This document shows positions 48,216 to 61,150 of a DNA stretch of 64,000 nt, piece after piece. The notes beneath the pieces are model-generated. The model saw only the letters and a program-made list of their open reading frames with translations. It was not told the DNA's origin and searched no databases. A program made the translations under genes and the position numbers. Source of the DNA: Mobula hypostoma (lineage: Eukaryota). How positions within the stretch are numbered: the stretch's first letter is position 1; each line of letters opens with the position of its first letter. Location: NCBI RefSeq assembly GCF_963921235.1, contig NC_086097.1, positions 116,064,001 to 116,128,000 of the forward strand, read 5' to 3'.

Positions 48216-48955
48216 ATGGATATTCATCCAATACCACAAGAAATGCTACAATGATTTTAAATGCCTTATCTGAACATGGCCTTTGAAGTTGGCAGTGGTT
48301 ACAATTTAATCAGTATGTAGATCCTAAGGAAGTCACAACCATCCTGAATAAAATCTCTCCTGAGGTCTGCAATCTTCCCTAGTTATTCAGTATTGATGTA
48401 ATGATGAAATAACAGTGTGTGGAGACAGGAACAAATCAGTGATAGGGGACAAACTTTTCTGCCAAGTTCTCTATTCAAATATCCTTTCATAAGTTTGTAC
48501 CAACACCCCATCCCCTGCACCATTCCCCATTTTACTTATATCATTCTACAGGTACATAGGATTAAAGTTTACTCCTTTTAATAGGGGTAAATTCAGAATA
48601 GTTCATCTGAAATTTGAGTGTGAAACAGCTGTGGTTAAGAAGTTAGTTGATAGTTTATTATTGTAAACAAGGTGCATATTTTGTGGTGTCATGGAATAGT
48701 TATGTTTAATTATAAATGCAAAATATGCTGTGTATAGTCATACAAGATTAAGGCTGTTTTGCAAATGGAGTAAAATTGACTGAATCGGAAACCAGGTAAG
48801 CAAGATATTTTTATTGATAGCGAAATTAAACAAGGGTTAAAATTAGCATCCCACACAATCCAGTGGAATTTTCATCGTGGATGAAAATTTTGTCACTTTG
48901 TTTCTAAAGAAATAGCACTTTTACTTATCAACGAGCTTCTGAACAGAATCAGAGA

Positions 48956-50645
48956 CACTCAGTGGCGATTTTATTAGGTGCCTCCTTGTGAGTGTACGTT
49001 TGTGGTCTTCTTTTACAGTAGCCCATCCACTTCAAGAGTTGACGTGATGTGCATCCAGGGTTGCTCTTCTGAACACCACTGTTGTAATGTAGCTTTTATT
49101 GTCGCCTTCCTGTCAGTTTGAACCAGTTTGGCCATCCTCCTTTGGTCTCTTTCATTAACAAGGCGTTTTCACCACAGAACTGCCACTGACAAGATGCTTT
49201 CTGATTTGTTGCACCATTCTCTGTACACTCCAGAGACTGTTGTGCATGGGAAACCCAGGAGATCAGCAGTTTCTGAGATACTCAAGCCACCCTGTCTAGA
49301 ACCAACACTCAAAGTCACTTAGATCACATTTCTTCCCCACTCTGATGCTTGTTCTGAACAACAACTGAACCTCTTGACCACGTCTCCATGCGTTTATGTT
49401 TTGAGCTGCAGCCACACGATTAGAGATTTGCATTAATGAGCAGGTATACAGGTTTACCTAATAAAGTGGCCACTGAGTGTCTGTATGTATCTTCTACTGC
49501 TGTAGCCCATCCACTTCAAGGTTCAATGTGATGTGCATTCAGAGATGCTCTCCAGCACACCACTGTTCTAACACATGGTTATTTGAGTAACTGTCGCCTT
49601 GCTGTCAGCTTGAACCAGTCTGGTCGGTCTCCTCTGATCTCTGTCATTAACAAAGCATCTTTGCCACAGAACTGCCACTGTATGGATACTTTTTGATTTT
49701 CGTGCCATTCTCTGTAAACTCAAGAGACTCCATGCATGAAAATCCCAGGAGATTGGCAGTTTCTGACATACTCAAACTACCTAATCTGGCAACAACAATT
49801 ATTCCACGGTCAAAGCCACTTAAATCATATTTCTCCCCCATCCTGATGTTTAGTCTGTACAACAAATGGACCTCTTGACAATGTCTTACCTTTCTTATCT
49901 AAGAAAGGATGTGCCAACATTGGAGAGGGTTCAAAGGAGGATCACAAAAGTGATTCCAGGTTTGTAAGGCATGTCGTAAGAGGAATGTTTGATGGCTCTG
50001 GACCTGTACTGACTGGAAATCAGAAAAATGAATGTTGACTTCATTGAAATCTATTGAATGTTGAAAGGCCTCAATAGAGTGTATATGCAGAGGAAATTCC
50101 TATGATGGGGGAGTCTAAGACCAGAGGACACAACTCAGAATAGAGGGGTGTCCTTTTAGAAAGAAGATGAGGAGGTATTTCTTTAGCCATAGAGTGGTGA
50201 ATCTGTGGAACTTGTTGCTACAGGCGGCTGTGGAGGCCAAATTATTGAGTATATTTAAGGCGGAGGTTGATAGATTCTTGTTTAGTCAGGGCATGAAAGG
50301 ATATGGGAAAAAGGCAGGAGATTGGGGCTGAGAGGGGAAATGTCATGATGAAATCACAGAGCAGTCTTGATAGGCCAAAAGGCCTAATTCTTCTATATAT
50401 TCAATAACTTATAGTCTTATGGTCTCATGGCCTGCACCCTGTCTGGCACCAACAATCATTCCACAGTCAAAATCACTAGGATCACATTTCTTCCCCATTT
50501 TAGTATTTGGTCTGAACAACAACTGAACTTCTTGACCATTTCTGCATGCTTTTATGCATGAAGTTGCCGTCACATGATTGGGTGATTAGATGTTTGCATT
50601 AGTGAACAGGTGTACAAGTGTACCTAATAAAGTGGCCATTCAATG
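48956..50645 (-). mobile_element. Head-to-tail cluster of Tc1 deletion derivatives (48956-49479, ~49487-49885, ~50430-50645)
   Basis: TIRs CACTCAGTGGC../..TAATAAAGTGGCCACTGAGTG; ORF 49647..49865 MGEKYDLSGFDRGIIVVARLGSLSMSETANLLGFS is a Tc1 transposase N-terminus. Confidence 0.85.
49886..50425 (+). mobile_element. CR1 3' fragment inside the Tc1 cluster
   Basis: YLRKDVPTLERVQRR..TRGH..FFSHRVVNLWNLL; CTTATAGTCTTATGG tail. Confidence 0.85.
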
Positions 50646-51094
50646 TAGATAGATAACGATTATATAGGGTCATATTATGGAATCAAACATTTGATTATGC
50701 TAATCAATAAGATTTTTCTAAAGTACTGGATATGAAAGCTGCTGTTGCCTGTACTTTGGCTTTGAGATCCCAACGAGGGCTAATCTATGTCATCAAATTC
50801 AACACCCAATTCTAACATTACTACTTATGCGGACAAAACAAGTCTCTCATGCTCTGGTTGTACTGTGTTCTGAACAGCAATTACAAGGCAATTGAATGTT
50901 CTTTACTGTCATGTCTTTTCTCAAATACCTGTTGTCTTCAGACTGAACAGGAATTTTAATATAAGCAATTTCTGAATGTGAGCAGTCTTTCAAATTGAAA
51001 ATAGTTTCATTATTTGAATATCAAATCCTTGGGAGACTACAATTGAAATCAGTGGTCTAGTATTTTATTGTTCTGGACTATGTAATAAATCAAA

Positions 51095-51500
51095 ACACAG
51101 CACACAGAATGATGATCTTCAGCCTACAATGTTGTGCCAAGCTTCTAACCTACACTCCCCACCTACATAGCCTATAACTTTCCACTTTGGTTTTTCATCT
51201 ATATGCCTAACTAAGAGTTTCTTTAATGTCCCAAATGTATCTGCCTCTATCAACACCCCTGGCAATGCATTTCAGGCACTTAACCACTCTCTGCATAAAA
51301 AAAACTACTTCTGACATCTCCCCTATACTTTCCTCCAATCACCTTAAAAGGATGCCGTCTTTCATTTAGCCATTCCCCTGGGAAAAATATACTGCCTGTC
51401 CACTGTGTCTATTCCTCTTGTAATCTTGTACACCTCTAAGAAGTCATCTCTAATCAACTTCACTCCAAAGAGAAAAGCTCTAGATTGCTAAACTTTTCAA
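51095..51500 (-). mobile_element. CR1 LINE 3' fragment
   Basis: Homologous to 330-750 (ACCACTCTCTGCATAAAAAAA..TTTCCTCCAATCACCTTAAAA). Confidence 0.7.
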
Positions 51501-51779
51501 GTAATCCTGTGCCACCTGAAATAAAATGCAGTATTCTCACTCTGATCATTTCCAGTCTAATCACTGAGCAACTCAAATGCCCATCTAATCAGACAGTAAA
51601 TGGGAATAAAACTTGCAGATTCTGTAAGTTAAGCTGACACTTCAGTTTTTGCATCAGACGTATCTGCAAAACTATTATCCTCCATACAATGTTTATTTAG
51701 CACAATGGCAGCTGATGTTAGATCAAATTTCCCCAGTTCTCCCCCCACAGAAGAAAAAGCCATTGTTCCTGCATTGCTC

Positions 51780-52135
51780 CATGGTAGCATAGTGGTAACA
51801 TAAGGTACACGACTAGCAGCAGGATTTCCAGATCATTGATCCAGAGACATAACGTTCAAATCTCGGCAACGGCAGCTAGGGAATTAAAATAGCGTTAACA
51901 GAGTGAATCTACACTTTAAGAAAAAACAATAGCTAATCACTGTAATGTTAACCACAAAACTCCCAAATTATTATAAAAACCCATCTGAGGAAATCGGCCC
52001 CATCTGGCTGATCAGTGAATCCAGACCCGCCAGCAGAGTTAGCTTTTAACTTCCTTCATAGTTCAGAGACAATTAGGTTGATGATAAATCCCAGCATTGC
52101 CAGTGAAACATAAATACTGTGAAGAGAAAAAAAAT
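51780..52135 (+). mobile_element. Ancient tRNA-derived SINE, LF-SINE-like
   Basis: A-box TAGCATAGTGG, B-box GTTCAAATC, AAAAACCCATCTG..TCCAGACCC body, CAATTAGG..ATAAAT..GCCAG tail and poly-A; recognised by eye. Confidence 0.55.
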
Positions 52136-52369
52136 AGTTATGCTATTAAAAATGCTACTTATGCCTGATTCTGTAATATCCTGCTCTGAACTCAACTACA
52201 TTTGAAAATCGGAGGTATAATGATTTGTAACTTCAGAACGTTAAAGTAATTCAAAGGATGACAAGTGAGTCTGGGAATGTGGGCTTAATCAACCAATACA
52301 TATACAAGATTACTCAAATATTACTATAATACTAAACTCACAACAGGAAGATGCTACAGTTTAAAGACC

Positions 52370-53078
52370 TTCAACTTCCAGATCATGCCATCTTCTCATG
52401 ACTACCATTAGAGAGGATGTAGGGAATCCTGAAGAGCTGTACTCAATGTTTTAAGAACAGCTTCTTTCCCTCTGCCATCAGATTTCTGAGTGGTCCATGA
52501 AGCCAATCTTTTTTTGAAGTATTTATCTATCTACCTACATTGTAACTTATAGTACTTTTTTACATGTATTGCACTGTTCAGCTGCCACAAAACAACAAAT
52601 TTCATGACGTATGTCTGTGATAATAAATCTGATTCATATTCAGATTCTAAATTCTATAGATGTGTAGTGGAGAATATATTGGTTGGCTGCACTATTGCCT
52701 GGTATGGAAGCATCAATACCTTTGAATGGAAAATCCTATAAAAGGTAGTGGATTTGGCCCAGTATATCATTGGTAAAGTCCTTTCAATCACTGAGCACAT
52801 CTACATGAAACACTGCTGTAGGAAAGCAGCATCTATTATCAGAGATCCCCACCACCCAGCTCATGCTCTTTTTTTACTAACTGCCATCAGGAAAAGGGAC
52901 AAGAGCCTCAGAAATTGCACCACGTGGTTCAAGAATGGCTACTACCCCACAACTATCAGGCTGTTGAACAAAAGGGATAACTACACTCACTTGCCCATCC
53001 ATTGAGATGTTCCCACAATCTAAAATTTCACTTTAAGGACTCCTTATCTCGTTATCTCATGTTCTCAATATTTATTAC
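52370..53078 (+). mobile_element. Two adjacent Rex1/Babar-type LINE 3' fragments
   Basis: The first ends in a TCTGATTC-type tail at ~52648; ORF 52748..53005 EHIYMKHCCRKAASIIRDPHHPAHALF. Confidence 0.75.
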
Positions 53079-53540
53079 AGGACCCTGAACATTAGGCCTT
53101 GAAATCTGGACTCACTGATAATGGGAACCTGAAATCCAGGCCTCAAGCTCCAAATTTACGGATTTGTGTACCTAGGGGGTCATCGGTCCTCATGTCCCCA
53201 GCTCGCATGGACCTCTGATCCGAAGACCTTCCAAGCTGGGGGGAGGGCTTGCTAACCTGGGGTTGATGGAACACCAGCCCTTCTTCTTACTGGTTTTCAT
53301 CACAGTCTTGTTGGCCTGACATCTGTCCACAGATGTCCTTCGTCCCATGTCCAGTTCTCTGGCCTTCGAATACGGTGTATGGAGTGGATGCCGAGGATCA
53401 CATCCAATGTCTAAAACCCCCAGATCACTGAATCCTAACCTGACCCCTAACTTCCCTCTCTTTCCCAGAAAACAACCATACAAACCTTAAAAAAGAACCG
53501 TGTCTGGGCAACAACATCAACAGAAACAGCAACTTGGCAC

Positions 53541-53738
53541 TGTAATGCAGGGATCTATTTCTTTTAGAGCAATGAATCACACCACCCCCCCCCCCACTTA
53601 CCACTACGTATTGATCTGCTGTCCACACGTGCGCATTGTTTTCTCTCTCTCTCGTTGCAATGTGAATACACCAGTTACAGCCATCTTCCACGTGCATGCT
53701 TTTTAAAAATTGGTATGTATTTGTGCACAGACACAACA
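53541..53738 (+). repeat. 5' LTR of the Gypsy element
   Basis: Direct repeat of 60044-60251, followed by the PBS. Confidence 0.9.
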
Positions 53739-54922
53739 AAGTGGCGACAAGTACGAACATGAATGATAATTATGGGATAAAACAGCGATAGTTAAACAGC
53801 ACAGGAAAGCCGTCATGGGCACTAACAAAGGAACGTGTGAGTAACAGTGAAAGACGCCCTGGGTTTAAAGTGAAAATAATGTGGCGATGGCTTCAGTTGG
53901 GAAAGATGATGAACTAGATACTGCTAATAAAGCTGGGAGTCATATATCAAGGGGGTTGAAATGTATTGTAATGTGAACAATGTGGAGGAGCAGAAGAATG
54001 CCCCTACACTTCGAAGCTTAATGGACCCAAGAACGTACAGTCTCTTAAGCAGATTAGTAATCCCTGAAAAGCTAGCAAGCAAGACATCCGACAAAATTGT
54101 TACTATTTTACAAAATCACTTGAGCCTAAATTGCTGGTAATTTACTGAATGATTTAGATTTTCCTAAAGGAACCAGTCAAAAGCTGAAAGCCTTTCTGAA
54201 TACATCAGAGAACTGCACAAACTTTCCCAGTACTGAATTTCGAGATGGACTTTCTGATACACTAAGGGATAGGCTTGCATGTGGGATGCATGGTCAAAGC
54301 ACTCAACAGAGGCTATTATCTGAAAGAGACCTAATCTTAAGATGGTTATTGACCATTGAAATTTCATTAGAGACTGCAGCAAAGGATGCAGCAGAACTAC
54401 AGAAAAGGAGTTTATAATGTGAAATGTACAAAATGCCCCCGAAGGGTACAAAAAGCCAAAGATGTTATCGATGTGGCAAATCCTCCCCGGATGTAAATGA
54501 CTGTTGGTTCAAAGAAAAGGTCTGTAGAAAGTGTCCCAGACAAGGTCACACAGAGAGAGTGTGCAAGGCAGACAAGAAGCACAACCAAGTGAAAAGTCTC
54601 AAACACAAAACTAAGCAAATGCATAAAGTTACCAAATGTAAAACAGAATCAGACAACATAGAGTCTGATAAAGTGAACCTTCATGCCTAGAACTGCATAG
54701 TATAACTGAGCAGATGGCAATATAAAATGGATGACAATAGATGTGCCTGTTGTAAAATTGAAAATGGAGTTGGATACAGGGTCAGCTTTGTCTATAATTC
54801 CAGAGACTGACTACAACAGACTGCTTTCTAAGATACCATTTGAGAAGACCTCAGTGATGCCAAAGACCTACCCAGGCAAAAAAAAGCGTCTCCCAAAGAG
54901 AAACTGAGAGTAACTGTGATGT

Positions 54923-57900
54923 CATTCATTCATTCAGGTGCCTTGCTGTTTGGCGTGGGCGATCATGTCTTCGTCCATCACGGTCCCTGACCCTCCAAAT
55001 TGTAGTTGTTGCCTCCCCTGTTTCTAACCATGATGTTATTCCATCTGTCATTTTCATTCTCTGTCTGCCTCTGCTCCTTTTTCCTTCCAGCTTTCCAGTT
55101 GTAACTAAATGTTCTAATGTCTCTCTTCGCATGATGTGCCCAAAGAATTTTGATTGCTGTTTTCTGATTTTTTAAAGTAATGTACGTTTTGTTTTCATCC
55201 TCTGTAGAACTTCTTCAATGGTTATCCTGTCCGTATATGATATGCATAACATTCTTCTGAGGAACCACATCTCTGCTGCATTGATTCTTTTTTCCATTGC
55301 ATTTGTGATGGTCCGTGACTCGCAGCCATACATCAATATATGAAGAATGTAGCTGCTGAGGCAGATGTCAATTGCTATTTTCTTGTTCATTAGGATGTTT
55401 CTCATTTCTGCAAATGCTGTTCTTGCCATTGCTATTCTTGCTTTTATGTCTGTTTTGCATTTGCCATTAGATGTTACCCATGATCCAAGGTACTTGAAGT
55501 TGTGAACTTGTTTCAGGATTTCATTTCCCAATACGATCCTATAGCTTGGGATATCAGGTTTCTTTGATATTACCATTACTTCAGTTTTCTTTTTGTTTAA
55601 GGTTAGGCCAAGTCTTTTGCTTTCTGTGTTGATGGTAGATACTAGTTTCTGTAAATTTACTTCACTGTTTGCTATCAGTACTGTATCATCTGCATAGCAG
55701 AGGTTGTTGATATTGTATCCTCCTAAACTTATTCCAGGTAGGTCTTGTATGGTTCTCATGATGTTTTCACTGTTCAGGGAGAACAGGTCTGGTGATAGAA
55801 CACACTCCTGTCTGACTCCTTGCTTTATTGGATGATATTCACCAATCTTGTTGTCTATCCGTATGGCTGCACGTTGTTACCAGTAGAGATTCCTGATTAT
55901 TCTTAGACCTTTTCCATCGATATTAATATCTTGAAGCATTTTCATGATGACTTGGTGTTTCACTGTGGCAAAGGCTTTTGTGTAGTCAATGAAACAGAAG
56001 TATAGGTCTTGTTGTACTTCTATTGACCTTTCGATAATACTCCCGAGAATATAAGTGGCATTTGATTCTCCCTTGCCTTCGACAAAGCCGCACTGTTCTT
56101 CACTGATCTCTGGTTTAATTTTGTTTCTTATTCTGAGATGATCCCAAGTAGAATTTTTGTGAGGTAGCTCATTAAACTAATTGTTCTGCATTGTCCACAC
56201 TCTGTTGCACCTGGTTTCTTTGGCAGTGCAATGAATACTGTCTTTAAAAGATCTTCTGGTACTATGTCACTGTAGTGTATTCTACTCAAAAAGATCGTTA
56301 ATTTCTCTACACCAAAATCTTCTAGCGCATCATACAGATCAACTGGAATGTTATCTGGTCCTTTCTCATTTTCTTCATAGCATGTTCCACTTCTTCTTTC
56401 TGGGCCCTCTCGTTGTTGTTGCCAATATCAAAGTTGTCCTCTCGGTCTTTGTCGTCGTATAGGTCTTTGATGTATTCTGACCATCTTTGCATTATTCTTC
56501 CTTTTTCCACAATTGTAGAGCTGTCTTTTGCTTTTATATATCCTGTTGTTGCTCTGCTTTTCTTCCAATTTGTGACCTCCTTGATCTTGTCATGCATACG
56601 TTTGCTGTTGTTGGTCTTCTGCAATTGTTCTATTAACTCACATTTGTGCTTAAGCCACTTTTCTTTTGCTTCCTTGCACTTGGTTGTTATCTGTGTATGC
56701 AAGGATATGTAGGCTTTTTTGTTTTCCTTACATTTTCTTCTTTGTTCCATAAGATTCAGAATTTTTTCTGTCATCTATTTCTTTTTAGCTTTTTTCTGTT
56801 GTGCTCTTGTGCTGCTTGTGTTATGCTGTCTCTGAGGTTTTCCCATTGCTGTTCTATAATGGTGATGTTTTGTAGAGCCTCAAATTTGTTCTTCACTGTT
56901 ATTTGGAATTCATTTCTCACTGTTTTTTTCTCAAACGTCCCAAATTCAGCTTTGGCTCTACTCTTGGTCTTTTAAGATTTCTGAGGCTCAGGTACATCAC
57001 GCTGATTATTGGTACGTGATCACGGTATCAGTCTACACCTGGATATGTTTTGCATGATTTCAGAACATTTCTATACCTTCTCCTTATAAGCACATAATCA
57101 ATCTGGTTTCTGGTGTTACCCTCTGGGCTCTTCCATGTCCATAGTTTTCTCAAGTGTTTCTTGAAGATGGTATTACCGATTATATAATCTTTTTCTGCGA
57201 CCCATGTAGCTAGTCGTTCACCTCTCTCATTTCTCTCACCTATGCTGTAATGCCCAATATTGTCCTCGTCCCTGGTCTTGCCTACTTCTGCGTTGAAGTC
57301 ACCTTGAATAATGGTATTTTCTGAGCTTTTACATTGTCTTAATGCTGTTTCCCGTTCGTCATTGGTGCTTTCTTCACTGCTGTATGCTGTTGGGGCATAA
57401 GCTTGAACGATGCTAACGTCAAAAGGTTTTGCATGTAGTTTCACAAGTAAAATTTGATCTGATATTGTCCAATAGCCTTTTATTGATTTTGCATGTTCTT
57501 CATCTAATATAATTCCAACACCTTTTTCATGTATTTCTCCTCCTGAGTAAATGATGGTGTATCCCTCTGAGCTTGTTTGACCGGCTCCTTTCCACCTCAT
57601 CTCGCGCATTCCGAGATGTTGATTTAAAATTTTTCTATTTCCTGTTTGATGTTGTCTAGTTTACCAGGCTGGTTAAGGGTTCTTACATTCCAGGTTGCTA
57701 GTCTGATCTTCCTTGCTTCTAATCTGCCAATAGTCACTGGATAACGGTCGAGGTTCCCCTGTGGCACAGAGATCCTCAACCAGATGAGACTCCTTCGGTG
57801 AAGGCTCCATTCACATCTTTGAGCTGAGACCGTAGTTGATTTGAGTTCATGATTGGACAAGGGAGGAATACTGAAGTGGTTTCTCGTTGCCTTCTTCAGT

Positions 57901-58154
57901 TGCAGTGTCCATACTGGACAGGTAACCCTGGCCATTGATCAGCAGATTCATCTGCCCAGCATTTTTAGTTTTACAACCATAAAGTCCAATTGTAGAATCT
58001 GTTTGTAAATCTATCCACCACCTGCAAACCATGGCTTCACGTGACCCCCCTGACTGGGAGGCTCAACAGGTACTACACCTTTCCCAAGTGTGACCTGTAG
58101 GCTATTGGACGGAAGGAGTGCCTTACACCTCCTTTTGCTGAGCAATTGCACAGC
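54923..58154 (-). mobile_element. Essentially full-length RTE-clade LINE (endonuclease + RT), frameshifted
   Basis: ATWNVRTL, QAYAPT, GDFNA, RNQIDY (ORFs 57624..57935, 57028..57609); YADD (55172..55759); ORF ends inside the (TGAA)n tail; TSD ACTGTGATGT (54913-54922) / ACTGCAATGT (58155-58164). Confidence 0.95.
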
Positions 58155-60043
58155 ACTGCAATGTATGGAGGCCAAAACGCAACAGTTAGAGCTTTATGTA
58201 TTGAAAAGTGGAGGGCCAGCACTTTTTGGACATGAATGGTTGAGAAAAATCCCACTAGACTGGCACTCAGTCAAAGCTCTCAATATGGCATCAACAGGCA
58301 ACGACAGCCCAAATAGTAGCACTAACCAGAGACTGGCACAGATGCTTAATGCTTGTGAGAAGGTGTTTGAGAAGGAGATTTGTAAACTCAAAGACATGAA
58401 GGTCAGAATTGGACTGGATGAAACAGCAACACCAAGATTCCATAAAGTGCGTCCAGTGCCTTACACAACATGTCCTAAAGTGGATGCTGAACTGCAGAGC
58501 TTTGAGGCATATGGAATTCTCTCCAAGGTTGAATGGAGCAATTGGGCCATGCCTATTGTCCTGGTGACCAAGAAAGGGAAGGTTGGAGTTCACATTTGTG
58601 GGGATTTCCAAGGCGAACACCAACCAAGTGCTGCATACTGTGTAGCATCCCCTGCCACGAATAGAAGGCTTCAAGATCACTGACAAGTGCAGAAAGCAAC
58701 TACACACAGAATAACAAAGAGGCCCATAGTCTTGTATGGGGAATAAAGAAGTTCCCCCACTACCTCCACGGACAAAGGTTTACACTAGTGACAGATCACC
58801 AGCCGCTTGTGTCCATTTTCAATCCCAGGAAGGGAATTCCAGTGATGACTGCTACCCTGTACAACGTTGGGCACTATTCCTAGGAGCTCACTCTCATGAC
58901 ACAGAGTTCAAGGGTACCAAACAACACAGCAACGCTGATGATTTGTCACATCTTCCACTATAGGCAGCTGAAGAAGAAATAACTTCATACTATGACCCAG
59001 CAGATATGTTCCACACCACTTTGGTGGACTAGTTGCTAGTAACAAATGCTGAAATACAAAGGGAAACAAGAAATGACCCAGCATTGTCAAAAGTCTATGA
59101 AATCACCATACAAGTATTGCCACCTTAGGGTAACTCTATATTTCCAGAGTTCTCAGTGAGACGAGACCAACTGTTGGCATGTCAAAGGATGCTGATGTGT
59201 GGATCTCATTTTGTGTTTACCTCTAAACTGCACACAAGAGTGTTCATGAAAATCTGCATGAAGGACACCTGGGTACAGTCAAGATGAAGAGTCTTGCCTA
59301 GATTTACCTGTGGTGGCTGGAAATAGATAAGCATATTGAAAACTTGGCCAAAAGCTGTCTGGGTTTCCAAAAAGTTCAAAGTACACCCCCACAGTTCACC
59401 GTTACACAAACCTTTAAGGAGTCCATTAAAGCGATGGACAAGGAGGAGTTTTCTCTCCAGCACAAGGCGGACAGCTTCCTTTTTGTGTATCAGAATTCTG
59501 TTCATGTGACGACAAATCAAACACCTGCAATGCTGTTCACGAGCAGGAATCTGAGGTCTCTCGCAGACCTCCTGAAAACAGAACTACGGAGGGAAGAGCG
59601 GAATAAAGGTTCAGCCAGTTGCCAAGTGAATCAGAAACCAATGTACACGGTGGATGTTGAAGATCAGACATGGAGACATCATGTGGACCAGACACTGGAT
59701 GCTCAGCTGAAGAACATGCCTGAGTCGATTGCATCCAACAAGATGAACTCATTACAGCCACCAGATTTACCTCTCAGTGATGATCATGTCACTGACAGCA
59801 ACGTGACATCGGAAACCAAGCATTTGTCTTAGACAAGGCATCTGCCAAACCTGATGCCACTCCACAGGTCCATTCTGAAAGAAACAAAATGCCATTCAAT
59901 AACCTGAAACTTTAGAACTGTGAAGTTAGTTATTGATTGTTAGGGTGAAAGCAGGTTTATTTGGAATATGGGTTTATGAAAGGGAAATTGAATGTTTTGT
60001 ACATAGATAGTTTTATGTTGCATTAATCTAAAGGGGAAGGAAG

Positions 60044-60251
60044 TGTAACGTATGGATCTATTTCTTTTAGAGCAATGACCCCCCCCCACCTTGAGCACTA
60101 CATATTGATCTGTTGTCTGCGCATTTGCAGTTGTCTATGCACACACATTGTCCTTTCTCTTTCTCGTTGCAATGTGAATACACCAGTTCAAGCCATCTCT
60201 CATGTGCATGCTTTTTTCTTAATCAATATCTAATTGTGCACAGACACAACA
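60044..60251 (+). repeat. 3' LTR of the Gypsy element
   Basis: Preceded by a polypurine tract; homologous to 53541-53738. Confidence 0.9.
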
Positions 60252-60329
60252 GCGCCATCTTGACCGGTAAATGATTCAATATCTGGGAAGTTGAACTTGT
60301 TCTGTGCAATATGTAAAACTACATTGGAT

Positions 60330-61150
60330 TCAAGTACTTTCTGGAGGGCTAATGATGAGGCCACAGTGCAGTTAACATCCCAATCAGTGATGCAGCTTGT
60401 CAGGACACACTCTATTGCATATATGTCAAAAGACACAAGTATGGATGTGTAAAGTCCAGCTCTCTTCAGCTGCCTCAGAAAGTTGAGGTATTGATGAAAT
60501 TTCTTGACTGTGTAAGATTTGTTCTGGCACCATGAGGGGTTGTGTGTACTGTGCACTCTCATGAGTTTGAAACTGCTCGCAGTTTCCACTGCTGTGCCGC
60601 CAATGTAAAGGGGGTGTGAGTTCTTCGATGTTGATAACCATCTCTTTAGTCTTGTTGACATTAGGGAACAAGTTATTTACTTGGCATCCGGCCTTCAGCT
60701 CTTCCACCTCCTCTCTTTGACCATCTCATCGTTGTTGGTGATGAGCCTCATCACCACCGTGTCAGAGGTGAACTTGATGAGTTGATTGCTCAGGTGTTTG
60801 GTCATGCAGTCATCTTTGAGCAGAGGGTAGGGCAATGGGCTCAGCACGCAGTCCTGGGAGGGGAGTGGGGGTCCTGGGGAGGGAGGAACAGTTGTTCATC
60901 CTAACTATCTGAAGTTTGTTAGGAAGTCCATTGCCCAGTTGCACAGTGGTATATTAAGGCTGAGGAGTAGCAGCTTGATCACCAAGGTTTGTGGGACAGT
61001 AGTTTTGAATGCCAAACAGAAATCCAGAGCCAGCATTCTGACGTAGGTACTCTTACTTTCTAGGAGTGCAGGTCCATGCAAGTGATAGGTGCTGTGGCTG
61101 AACTCCATCTGGTAGCTAAACCCCATCGACTCCGTCTTTGTTCAATAACC
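60330..61150 (-). mobile_element. Rex1/Babar-type LINE RT fragment
   Basis: ORFs 60905..61126 ([24 protein letters not shown]), 60426..60707 (NVNKTKEMVIN) and 60230..60661. Confidence 0.85.

Larger units (their letters stand above)
53541..60251 (+). mobile_element. Gypsy (K02A2.6/Mag-like) LTR retrotransposon, decayed and internally deleted, with a nested RTE
   Basis: LTRs 53541-53738 and 60044-60251 (TGTAA..CAACA); PBS TGGCGACAAG at 53742; PPT AAAGGGGAAGGAAG at 60030-60043; TSD GCAC/GCGC; gag CCHC-type knuckles, protease MELDTGS, RT N-terminus, RNase H TDHQPL and integrase pieces. Confidence 0.92.

Noticed and set aside
58020-58154. HDV-like ribozyme at the 5' end of the full-length RTE
   Set aside because: Hairpins are present, but I could not find the P2-P3-L3-P1.1-J4/2 order.
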